NCBI RefSeq assembly: GCF_036971445.1
Contig: NC_091472.1
Span: 64,728,001-64,792,000, forward strand
Source of the DNA: Narcine bancroftii
Taxonomy: Eukaryota
DNA: 64,000 nucleotides
Direction: 5' to 3'
The stretch's first letter is position 1. Each line of letters begins with the position of its first letter. This document shows positions 52,868-64,000 of the stretch, one piece after another. The position numbers were made by a program, and so were the translations under genes. The notes beneath the pieces were generated by a model. The model was not told the DNA's origin, made no database searches, and saw nothing but the letters and a program-made list of their open reading frames with translations.

Positions 52868-53849
52868 CACCAACTAAAAGAAATATAGTGAACAATATGT
52901 AAGATTCTTAACATTAATAAGATCTTTATGATGGCATTGGAGGCAAAAGTGTCTTGCAATTTACTGAGGATGTTAAAATTATAACAATGTATCTTTATTA
53001 CATTTTAATCATCTGTTTTGACTTTCATTTTCACGATTGTGAAAATCTAAACAATCAAATGTAATTAAAATAATTTTTTAAATACTTAAGATAATGACAA
53101 TTTTAAAATAAAAACAAAAGTCACATTCTGATGAGAGGTCCCAGATTCAAAATGTAACATTTCTCTTTCCATAGATGCCATCTGCTTTGCCAAGTCTTGC
53201 CAGAATTAGAAGTTAGTTATGAAACAGGAAATTCAAAGAAAGGGATTTCTTTGAAAAAAAAATCCAAAAATAAAATAATGCAGATAGTGAAAATCTGGCA
53301 CAAAAACAGAAAATGCTGAAAACATACATCAGTGTCTGAATAAAGGGAAACATAGTTAATGTTTCACGTTGATAATCTTTCATCAGAAAGGCTAAATTCT
53401 AAATTGCAAAGAACAAAATGATTTGTGATTAGGTGGAAATCAGGAGAGTCTGAATGATAAAATTAATGGCTCCAGCTGTAAGGAGATGGTAGAAGTTGGT
53501 GATTAATAAAAGATGTGTTGGAAGGGTCTCATCAGAGAAGTATGAAAATGGAAATTACACAGAGGGAGAACAAAATTAAACACAAGTAGCATGAAATAAA
53601 GCCAAGAATGCCAGATAATCTGAAACTGTTAAATGTTGCTTTGGGTACCAAAGAGTTTAATGTGCCTAGTCAGAACTTTTGGAAGAACCATTAAAAGAAC
53701 ATGCCCCGGGCAGAGGAACTCCAGCATCAACTGGAAAAGTAATGTCATCACTATTGCTGACTGAGCTGGTTAGGTGCTGGATGACACCAGTGTCAGTCTG
53801 GATCCTTGCAAGTTGTGAACCAACCAAATCTGCTCATCTTCATCAATCT

Positions 53850-54362
53850 ACCGGTGATTTAGAAAGTGTCCATGATAGGACTGGTACAAGTGATCAGTCC
53901 CTTTAGTGTCAGGTCGCTCATCTGAGTGCTACTGGTACCATGTAACCCAGTACGACTTATCGCATGGCTAGTGACTAACTCGGCCTGGTGTGGAGGGTGG
54001 CTAGACACCCTGCAAGGTTGAAATACAAGATCTATCAAGGGTGGATGAACCCTCTCATAGGGGGGTCAACGGCTAATCGAGCAAAAATGTGCAGTGAAGT
54101 GCTGAAAGGTATCCCTTGCATTGAAGCTTGGTCTGGCCAATCACAGCCACAGAACTTCCCCAGCTGTCTTGGACATACTGCTGAATCTGGGAGGGGATGT
54201 CGAGAGGGTGGGTCTGAACCTGTGCAACCCCCACTCATCTAAAATTAATTCACACAGACACTGTTCTTTTCTGAGGAGTGGGGTATCCTCATATCAAACC
54301 CCCCAAACTTTCGGAAAGGAACCATCATCATCCTATGGGATGGATAGTCAGAAGAAGAAAAA
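53850..54362 (+). mobile_element. Probable non-autonomous RTE-related retroelement
   Basis: GC-richer block without an ORF, ending ATCATCCTATGGGATGGATAGTCAGAAGAAGAA, an RTE-like 3' end with (GAA)n tail. Family assigned from resemblance only. Confidence 0.4.
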
Positions 54363-54879
54363 GGTATAAGTAGAGAAAAAGTCCAATTTTCAGCCTGACA
54401 AATATTGTTTTACAAATCTGGAAAAGTGTTGGATATCCTCAGCAGATCAGATAACCTCTGTGATCAGAAGCTTTTTGCCGGAACTGGGAGAGAGAGGGAA
54501 AATGAGTTTCAGGTTACAGAGTGGGCAGGACAAAAGGAATATCTTCAAGATGATGAGGTTGGAGTTGCCGTGGTGATGTGGTTGATGAAGCCATTGGTTG
54601 TTGATCTCTCCAGTATCGTTCTGAGTTTTCAGATGTATCACAAAGATTGACGAGGAAGTAGAGAAACATACGAGCTCAGCAGAGGAACTCTGGGAAAATT
54701 AGCTTGGCTAATTTGAACGAAAATTCAAAGGCAGTTCCCAATGTTACAAGTAGAGAAAGAATATAATAAGAACATTGACATTAAACTTTTAAAATCGAAT
54801 GCACATAATCCATAAAGAACAACAAGAATTCTTACCCACCAACCAAGCAACCTCCAACCCAACGACAATAGTACAAAAT

Positions 54880-55300
54880 GTGCTAACCTGAAGTTTATGT
54901 AGAGTTAGAGCCGATGTTCTTCACTCCATGGAAGCTGCCATTAAATTTTCCCAGAATGCACGGCTCCATAACATCATGAGGAGCGCCGCGTCATCGGTGT
55001 GATGTCATTGAGCTGCGGACGTGTGATGATGTTGGTGAGTGTCTCTGTTTATGAGGGAGGGGGAGGGGGAGGGGGAGGGGTGTTTTAAGCTTCTTGTCCT
55101 CGACAATTGGTGCCTGACATGTTAGGGAATAGATGGCGTCTGTGCTGTCTGCTTGGTGACGCTTGTAGCAAACGGCGGTGTTGGGTCGTATCTTGGTCAA
55201 AAAGGGCCGTCGGCAGAATCACTCCGCCCGGGCCACAGGCTTCACCGGCGCGGGAAAGGTGAGAGGACGCGGCGGTTTCAGCTACGGTGGGTGTGGTGGG
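54880..55300. promoter_or_regulatory. MTIF2/PRORSD1 bidirectional promoter with putative non-coding first exons
   Basis: CpG-enriched. ZNF143-like TTCCCAGAATGCAC at 54948-54961, Sp/KLF-type (GGGGGA)n at about 55054-55080, YY1-like AGATGGCG at 55131. Minus-strand donor cag|gttagc at about 54887 (MTIF2 5'UTR exon). Plus-strand donor aag|gtgaga at 55258/55259 (PRORSD1 5'UTR exon). Confidence 0.7.
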
Positions 55301-57072
55301 GGGGGAAACAGTTGGCCATTCAGCCCTTCTCTTCTAGCACCCTTTCATTTATATTGCTGTTCCTATTTTAAAAAAAACAATATTCCAAAAAAATCTGCTT
55401 CTGCCTGTCCATCGATTTCGGTGGATGCTGGAGTTTCTCAAGTTCGTTTGTGTATTCTAACAATCCGCTAACCCATTTTTTTTCCCCGGAAATCCCGATG
55501 GTTTAGCATCTCATTCCATTTTTCCTGCTCCCTCTCTGTTCACTGAGACCCCACTTCCTGCGATCCTTCTGAAGTCACCAGCTTTACAATAAAAAGTGGA
55601 TGGAATTGGAAGTAGAGTGGGCAGAAATAATCAGTAGTTTGACACCACCCTTCCACATTATTGGAATTTTACTGTCGTTTTTACGTTGAAAACTTGGATC
55701 TGAATGTATCACAGTTCTTTTCACTCCTTCCCTCTTCTGCAATGTAAAACACATCACTTTTACAGTTCTGATGAAGCTCCTTGACACAGAATGTCAACTC
55801 CATTTCACTCCCATTGATGCTGCCTGATTTGCTAACGGATGATAGAAGTCTGTTTTTGATTTGCATTTCTAGCATCTGGATTTTTTTGTTTGCTCCAATT
55901 CTGCAGACTGGTGGGAATTCTCACTATTAAAATTAAACTGGTTCGCAATTCAAAACCTATCCAATTGCCTGTTTTACTGCCATTCAATTTAAAATCACAA
56001 CAAATTGAATCCCAACTGCCAGTCCATCAGTAATCTGCACTATAGATTTGGTTCAGTGATTAGCCAAGTACAGGATGTGGGCTGAAGGAAGGATGCTACA
56101 ATTCAACTTTAATATTGTTAGTGTAGGTTTGGTGAGATGAACTAAACCTGGCTATCCAATAGTCTTTGCTGTGAATGCATTGAGCACCATGTTGGGATTT
56201 AGTGTAATTCCTCCTGCAATTAATTTGCTTAGTAATCTATTTATTAGTCTATTTTTAAAAAGAATTGTGAAATAAAAATGTAATAATACACTGTACAATA
56301 GTGAATTTTATCTTGGGAGTGTGTTCCAACATCAACTGAACAGGACATGTGTTTGCATCCACAACTACAAGTTGTAAGAAATTGTCAAATTACAAAGAGA
56401 TTGTTCTAACTATTGTGCTAAAGACTGCACTATCCCTTTCTTTTTCCATATTTTACAGCCAACACTTTTTCAAGTATATTTTAAGAACCTTGTTGCCAAA
56501 CACTTGTATTAGTGAAGGTGCAACTGCAAGTTACAATAAATAGCAGTCCTCTGTTATTTTTGTGATCTAGTTGTAGAGCTGTTTCAGGGTTTTGGGTATT
56601 TATTGAGAAGATAACTCTTGATTTTCAAGCAAGTACAACAGATGAGAATTATTCAGAGAAAAATTGTGTGAATTAATCGTCAGACAGTTTAGTCTGTTCT
56701 ATTTTGGCAGTATCATTTATGACTCCCAATTATATTCTATGGAGTGGAAGCATGAATCTTGCTACTCAAATTTGGGGGTCACATCCAAATCATTAATTTA
56801 TCTGCCAAACCCGCCCCCCCAAAGATGTTATCTGACCCACAATATGTTTCTGTTTTTGTATAAAACATGAGCTATTTTCTGAGATGACAGCATTGAAATA
56901 AAATGAAAAGTGTTAAACTGCACGAATAATGCTATACAAATGCATGTCTTTAAAATCTTATTAAAGGCCTAAATGTAGGCTTTGAACAACCAATGGAAAC
57001 CTGATCCTGCAGATGTGACCTGGAAGTACAGCTAAGGCGTAGTTTGCTGAGCGACTGCAGAAAAAGCATGAA

Positions 57073-58911
57073 ATGGCTTCGAATGAGATGCGCAAAGAGT
57101 TAGAAGATTATCTGAAAGTACTGAACATCGAGACAGTATGTGAGGAACATCCCGAAGTAAGTGTGCGTGGTCCCAGGATGTGATTTTCTGATAATGTCAG
57201 GTCAACAGCAGGGGCACTTGAATGACTGCAATGTCAGCAAATGAGGGTAGAAAAAAAATTAAAGTGAGAACAACTGGAGTGTATTGAATGTTACGGAAAT
57301 GCATTTTTGTGGAGACACACCCTTTAAAGTTCTTATTTTAGGAAAATGTCTTTTCCTGGAGCAAGGTTTATAGATGTGGCCTGTAATTGAAGGAGGCCAT
57401 TTTCGGCATTGCATCTGTGATAGCCGACCCACCGCAATCCAGCCATAAACACTTACGGCTCATAGTAAACCGATTGACAAGTTAAAAATACTTTTCATAC
57501 ACTGCAGTTTTGATTACTGAGTTCCAGACTGTGCTAACCTCTTCTACTAATTACAGTATATCTATTCATTCTTGTTTGTGGTCCCTCATGTAAGAGATCT
57601 AAGCCCATCCCCACTATTTCAAGGACCCTTGTAATTTTCTACAACTCAAGTATTCCCTCAGCATCCATTTAAATAAGACAATCCATTTAACCAATCCAGA
57701 CAGCACAGGTACATGACAGAGTTATGCTGGCTGGGAATAGAATTTCATCCATTTAAAGCACTGGATTTCCTATTAGTAAGGGATTGCTTAAGGTGGTATG
57801 TGAGTGGGAAAGGAAGATTGAGAACCACTACTTTGGTTCCAATTGTTACTGAAATATTTTGCTTGAGAAAAATTGTTATTGGCCCATTTCCTTTGGAGTT
57901 ATGAAACCGTGCACGTAACGAGTCAACTAGGTATGATTAAAACAGTAGTTTTCAATCCTTTTTCCATTCACATACCACCTTAAGCAATCCCTTACTAATC
58001 ACAGAGCACTTATGGCATCAGGATTGCTTAAGGTGGAATGTGAGTTGGGGGGGGTGGGGCGGGATTTGAAAACCACTGATTTGAAGTGAAGTACGTCTGA
58101 GATGTGCATGTACATGGTGAAACTGAAAAGCCTTGGATGTGATTGGTATGAGGTAGTTGGGTGATTGCTCAAAGTGTAAGGTTGCCCCATAAAAGCCCTC
58201 CAAAGTTACACTGTAAACATTACTTGTAACATTACCTGTAAACATTAGTCAGACATGATTTTCTCAAAATATCCATGCTAGGTACCCCCATTAATCTATG
58301 AATTTTAAATGAGCTAATCGTATTCCTCTTTTATTCAATAACATATTCATTAATTATACAGGATCTGTAATTACCTTAGCACATTTCTTCCTCTCTTTAT
58401 TGAGACAGATAATTGTCCAGAGTACTCAGACATAATTAAATTGATTTTTGTCTGCATCCTGCCCTTTTTGTTTTTCTTGTAGGTCTTCACAGTTGAAGCT
58501 ATGATGCCTTATGTACAACACCTTGAGGGGGCACACAGTAAGAACTTGTTTCTGAAAGACAAGAAGAAAAAAATCTTATGGTTGGTGACAATCTTGCACA
58601 ATAGACAAGTCCACTTGAATGACCTAGCAAAGAAACTGGGTGCTGGAAGTGGAAATCTACGCTTTGCAGATGAAGGGATGATGCTAGAAAAACTAAAGGT
58701 TGGTCAAGGTTGTGTAACACCATTTGCTCTGTTTTGTGATAAACAAGGGGATGTAAAATTTGTGTTGGATTCAAACTTTGTAGATGGAGGTCATGAAAAA
58801 ATATACTTTCACCCAATGACTAATTCAGCCACTATGGGTATAAAGCCTGTAGACTTTCTACATTTTGTAAAGGAAACTGGTCATGAACCCACAATACTAA
58901 ATTTTGATTAA
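57073..58911 (+). CDS. PRORSD1: Prolyl-tRNA synthetase associated domain-containing protein 1 (ProXp-ala/PrdX, YbaK-superfamily aminoacyl-tRNA deacylase), 170 aa
   Basis: Exon 57073-57156 MASNEMRKELEDYLKVLNIETVCEEHPE|gtaagt plus exon 58483-58911 VFTVEAMMPY...HSKNLFLKDKK...LRFA...GQGCVTPFAL...FHPMTNSAT...GHEPTILNFD*. Contains the KNLFL and GxxxP family motifs; syntenic head-to-head with MTIF2. Confidence 0.93.
57943..58078. mobile_element. Short palindromic MITE (hAT-like ends)
   Basis: Ends CAGTAGTTTTCAA / TTGAAAACCACTG. Internal inverted repeat TCACATACCACCTTAAGCAATCC / GGATTGCTTAAGGTGGAATGTGA. A partial copy lies at about 57770-57830. No clear TSD. Confidence 0.7.
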
Positions 58912-59027
58912 AATGTTTTTTTTTAAAAAACTGGACTAATTGTGGGATTTTTAAAAAATTTTGTCCAATTTATGCACATGTATATTTCAAGCAAACACTG
59001 TCTAACATTTTCTAAGTGTGAAATGGA

Positions 59028-59033
59028 AATAAA
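59028..59033 (+). terminator. PRORSD1: Probable PRORSD1 polyadenylation signal
   Basis: AATAAA about 115 nt after the stop, followed by GT/T-rich sequence. Confidence 0.6.
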
Positions 59034-60129
59034 TGTATATTGTAATTATAAGAGTGTGTAAAGCTTTTTTTAAACATTTATTGCTTTTGCTTCTTCCCCT
59101 AGCCTACCTCAATGTGAAGGCTGATGTGGGTGTATAGATCCCCTAGCATTGATAATCCATAACAGATATCCAAATTCCTGTTCATCCTGTGGAATTTTGG
59201 ATAGACTGGAATTTTGTCAAAACTGAGTTCAATCCTGACAAATACCCTACCCGGCAGATAATATGATGCAGTGATAAAAAATAAGTTGTACCTTGTCTCT
59301 GATTTGGGTAGTCACAGAGTATTTTACATCCACTGAATTAGATTTGAATTTCACCTATGTGTGCTATGAACAAACATAGCAGCTAACTTAGTAAATCAAC
59401 AAGATGAACAGTTTGTTCTTTGTTGATGAGCAAAGAAAAAATATTGTCAAGGATGCAGATTATGCCTCTGCTCTACTTCAAATGCTATGGAATCAATTTC
59501 AACTATTGAATACTCAGATGGGATCTAGTAGGATTTCTCAGTCAAAACCTAGCACTTCAGTTAATGCAGTATTCTCTCACTACCACACTGAACTAGGACT
59601 CTTGGAGAGAATGGGCCATGTGGAAGATTGAAAAGAAGGGGAGGGAAAGATATTGAGAGTGGTGAAATCTTGTTGTAGGTAGTGGAAATGGCGAAGGATT
59701 ATGTACTGGATTCAGTGCTTAATAGAGTGAAAGGTGAGGATTAGGGGAACTCCATCTCTGTTCTGTTCAGAGGGGAGAGGGTATTGAGAGCAGGAGTCTA
59801 GGAAACAGGAAATGTGGGAGAGAGTGTTCCATCAATCACAGAAGGGAAGCCATATTTTCTGTAAAAGGAGGACACTTCAGATGGGCTTCATCATGACTGC
59901 AGAAACAGCAGAGAAAGGGAAAATGGAAGAAAGAGATGGCATCCTGACAAGAGACAGAGTGGGAAAAGATGTAGTCATTAATTTAAATTATTATCTCCAC
60001 AATAACTTCACTGAAAGGATATTCAATATTATGCAATCTTGACACATTTTCTTTCACTAAAAGTTTAGGATTACTAAACTGTCATATATAAACAGAATGC
60101 AAGCCAATTGCTTGGGTTGTATTTATTGG

Positions 60130-60510
60130 AGTATAGGAGAATGAGAGATCTCATAGAGGCCTTTCGTATTTTGAAAGGTTTACATAGGGTGAATGCGGGT
60201 AAGATGTTTCCCTTGGTGGGTGAATCGAGAATAAGTTGAGAGGTTATCCATATAAAACAGATATTAGGAAGAACTTCTTTAACCAGAGGGTCATGGATCT
60301 GTGGAACTCACTGCCGTATACAGCAGCGGAAGGCAGATCACTGAGAGTATTTAAACAAGAAATGGACAAGTATCTCATCAGTGAAGGCATCAAGGGATAT
60401 GGGGAAAAGGCCGGAAAGTGGAACTAGTGTAGAGTAGCTTGTGTAGATTTACGGAACAGACTCGATGGACCTAGTGGCCTGCTTCTGTTCCTTTGTCTTG
60501 CGATCTTGTG
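60130..60510 (+). mobile_element. CR1 LINE 3' end
   Basis: IRKNFFNQRVMDLWNSLP...FKQEMDKYL..GIKGYG, followed by a tail with GATCTT-type repeats. Confidence 0.8.
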
Positions 60511-63500
60511 ATATGTCATCTCTGATAGACCAATATTAATGTATTGAAGGTTGTATCTGCTTTATCCTCTCTGGCTATCCTAGTATTATTTGTTGAGAAA
60601 GCATTTGCAACACATCATCCTTACTGGTTTCTTCTCTGATCTGGCTTAATTTATTACTAGTCACCCTGATGAGATGATGCATCTTGATCCCATGTCTTTC
60701 ATATATTTCATTTAGGGAAAGTCATGACAAGGTATCAGCAAGTACCATCTCTTTACCTGATATGTATTTTAAGTTGAAGTCATAGCATTGTAGTCATAGA
60801 AGTAATCTCTGCAGTCTAGCTGGTGTCTTGTGTAGGTTCTTTCTCTGGATGGATGTGTTCCAGTGGGCGATGATCACTTTCCACTATAAACTTTCTTCAA
60901 TACAGAAACCTGTGAAACTCGTATCCATATACAACAGCCAACAGCTCTCTCTCAATATTGGGATATTTGGTCTCTGCTGTTGTTAGTGCTTTTGAGGCAA
61001 AAGCTATTGGTTTTCCTTCTTGTACTAATGCTGTACCAAGGCTTCTGTTAGATGCATCTACTTGCAGAGTGAGGGCTTTTTCTCTATCATAGTATCTCAA
61101 CTCCACTTCTCTGAATATTATTTCTCTAAGCTGGTCAAAACTTCTCTGATGTGATGGTGACCACTGAAATTCCACATCTTCCTTCAGCACCTCTCTGATG
61201 TTGGTTGTGTAATCTGACATATGTGGAATGAAGGAACTCATGTATTGGACCAATCCAAGGAAACTTCTGAGTTCCTTTTAGTCCTTTGGGTGCTCCTTCT
61301 CGGCAATGGCTTTAACCTTCTCTGGGCTTGGCTTTACCCCATCAGGAGTGTACACCATTCCAAAGAACTGACATTTCTTCTCTTTTATAATGCATTTTTC
61401 TGCATTATAAATGCATTGTTCGCTCCTTGGCTTCGTGTAGATGAAGATTATGAGCTTTTCCATCTCTACCAAAAACCTGAATGTCATCCACGATGCCAAC
61501 AGCACCTTTACACCCTCAGTAGGTCTCATTGATCTTCTGTTGGAACACATCCTGGCTCACCTTTAGGCCGAAAGGTAGTCGCAGGAACTTGTAAAGATCA
61601 AATGGAGTATTGAACTTTGTTAGTAGTGTTGATTCCTCATCTAGTTTCACATTCCAGCATCCATTCTTAGCATCTAGCTTGCTAAAGATTTTGGATCTTG
61701 TTAGTTCTGCTGTGATGTCTTTAGTGACCCCTTTTTATTGCTTGATTTAAGTCTTTAGAGTCCAGATATATTCCCAAGCGGCCATTTGGTTTTTCTTTGA
61801 CCACTATGGAATTTACCCAGTCAGTCGGCTCAGTCACTTTGGCTATGATTTGCATCTTTTCCATGTCCTTTAGTTCTTGCTCCAGCTTCTTCTGAAGCTC
61901 TACTGGGACTTTCCTTGGGGCAGGGACAACTGGTTTGCAGTGTGGATCTATGGCATTGTGATATTCAACTAAATCATCAAAGCATTCCGGGTACATGCTC
62001 AAACTTGTTTGTGACTGGAGGTTGGTTCTCCAATGGAATGTCTCTGTTGATTCTTTGGACATCTTCATCTGGATCTCATAATTGACAGAGATCAATTGCA
62101 ATCCTGGCAGTTATCCAGACCTAGAATTGTTGGTCCGTCTGCATTTACCACATAGAACATATAGAGGATGTTCTTTACCTTATGGCAGCCATTGATCCTA
62201 GCTCACCCTAGCTGCTTGATCATGGGTCCACCATAAGCTGTTAATGTGACATTTGCTGTTTCAAATGCACCGTCTTTTGGATACCCTTTTATTATGTTCT
62301 CTGGGAATATCTGGTGGTCGAGTCTGAGTGGAAGTTTGTTGCTTTGTGATCCAGTATCCAGATTCAACTTTAGGTTAAATATTTTTGGCTTGTTCTGGAT
62401 TATCCTGTGTATTTGGATCCTTGTGTGCAACTCACTTCCTTCTTTCATCTCACCCGACATCTTGTGTATCGATTCTATGACCAGTATCTGGGTGTCGGAG
62501 ACCTCATTGTTGTTTCCTTTTATGTAGTGGATCTTGTCTTTTTTCTTCATTCTTTTCTTCATACCAGACTTGCACATCTTCACCCAGTGGTTTGTTTTAC
62601 CACAGGCTCTACATCCAGAACCGTATGCTGGGCATTTGTTTTGGTCATCAAAGGGGTGTTGTCTGCTGCCCTTCCTGTGGGTCATGGGGGTTTGCACTTT
62701 TCAGATTGTGTTCTTTATAGCATCAACCCTTCCCTCTCTTTGCTGTGGGTGGGTCTGCATGGATAGGGATTTCATTTGTGTCCTCGTGGCTTTGAAGGCT
62801 CTGGCTGTGTCTATAGCTTTGGCCAGCTTCAAGGTATCCTTCCTTACAAGAGACTTTTGCACTTTGGGATGTGCACTCCCCCACATTAGTTGATCAACTA
62901 ATCTTTGCTCTATATCCTTAAATCTGCATTTTGCAGCAACAATTTTTAGTTTGGTGAGGAAGTTTTCAACGGTTTCATGCATTAAGCCTTGAAATTCATT
63001 GCGTTTAATTCTATGATTAGACCTGGGTTCAAGGTGAGAAGCAAACTTTGCAAATATCTGTTCTGCATCATTACCCGTGTAAGCTCCCAGTTATTAAATA
63101 AGTCAAGGCCCCGCTCCCCTATCCAGAGAAGTATATAACTGACCTTCACCACTGCTGTTGCATTTTTAAAATAGCTTTTCAATGCTAAATTGCACTTCTG
63201 CTGAAACTTTAAATGATTCAACGATACCTTCAGCCTTCCAGTCCATCACTGGGTGAACTGCTGTTGATCCAGCCATTTTTTTTCAGTAATGTTTTTTCTC
63301 TTCTTCCCCTTCATATTTCAGTGACTTAGAATCAATTGTATGGCTTTATTCTTGTTCTCTTATACCACTGCCACCATGTTATGTCTCTGTGTAACTTGGG
63401 AGGCTTCTTGCACACTTAGAGATGCAAGATTCAAATAACAAGAGATTTTACTTACTGATGCCTTCCATTATCTCAGGAAACTGTTCACACACACACAATA

Positions 63501-63580
63501 GTGCACTACAGTTACTATAGTGAGAAGGGTGTATTCTTATGCATTTACAAAATAGTTCACATTATCCTGACTATATAACA
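60511..63580 (-). mobile_element. Gypsy LTR retrotransposon (second family): 5' LTR, gag, protease, RT, RNase H; integrase and 3' LTR missing
   Basis: LTR 63377-63580 (TGTTAT...ATAACA). PBS TGGTGGCAGTGGT, close to the tRNA-Leu complement. CPAYGSGCRACGKTNHWVKMC knuckle, LDTGSQSN protease, WVNSIVVKEKPNGRL and RLPFGL in RT, LQVDAS...IAFASKALT...YPNIERELLAV in RNase H. Many frameshifts. Confidence 0.9.
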
Positions 63581-63723
63581 ATGGACATTTCTTCAAAGTT
63601 AATGCAAGAAGACTTATTGAGTCTGTAGCAGCCACAACTCCCGTCTTCCCATCAGTTCAACATTAATTCTGGGCATAAAATTTCAAAGGCCTTCACTTCA
63701 ACACTGAATGTGAAAGACTGAAC

Positions 63724-64000
63724 TTTTTTTTTAAACTTTATTTAAGATTTTATAACATGAATAAAATATAAGATTACATTTTAAAAAAAAATTAAGAATA
63801 AGATAATGAAATTACAATACAGCATCAGTAATGTAAATAAACTATATCCCCCAATAATTATTACACAACATTAATAACCCAACTCAAATTAGTCCAACCC
63901 CCCTTCCCCCCCAAAATAAAGAGTGAAGATTAATAAAAAACATAACAGATTAAAATACTAACAAAAAGAAAAGTAATTAATACTAAGATATCACACTTAA
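63724..64000 (-). mobile_element. L1-type 3' end running out of the window
   Basis: Poly(T)-AAACTTTATTTAAGATTTTATAACATG..., same family as 47511-47844. Confidence 0.8.

Noticed and set aside
53850-54010. HDV-like ribozyme at the 5' end of the RTE-related element
   Set aside because: I could not assign the nested P1/P2/P3/P1.1 pairings by eye; a descriptor search is needed.
59404-60042. Short ORFs as 3' exons of the next syntenic gene (CCDC88A in other vertebrates)
   Set aside because: No recognisable homology; part of the region looks like decayed Penelope-like sequence.

Overview
Vertebrate genomic DNA. The repeat content (V-SINEs, CR1, Rex1/Babar, L1, RTE, Penelope-like) suggests a cartilaginous fish, probably a ray; this is inference. 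The window holds the conserved block CLHC1 (5' end only, - strand), RPS27A (complete, +), MTIF2 (complete, 13 coding exons, 719 aa, -) and PRORSD1/ProXp-ala (complete, 170 aa, +). These form two head-to-head pairs, each with a CpG-rich promoter carrying ZNF143-like motifs. Introns and intergenic DNA are packed with mostly degenerate, often nested transposable elements. The most unusual items are: (1) a 2.07 kb near-perfect 12-bp CpG-rich array just inside an MTIF2 intron, whose origin can be read from its flanks; (2) a TSD-flanked, 5'-inverted (twin-priming-type) L1; (3) two TSD-flanked, internally deleted L1s, one joining ORF1 in frame to the ORF2 C-terminus; (4) an unusually divergent eS31 moiety in RPS27A. 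I found no evidence for a wholly new multi-gene system. Exon and TSD coordinates were read by hand; boundaries of degenerate repeats are approximate.
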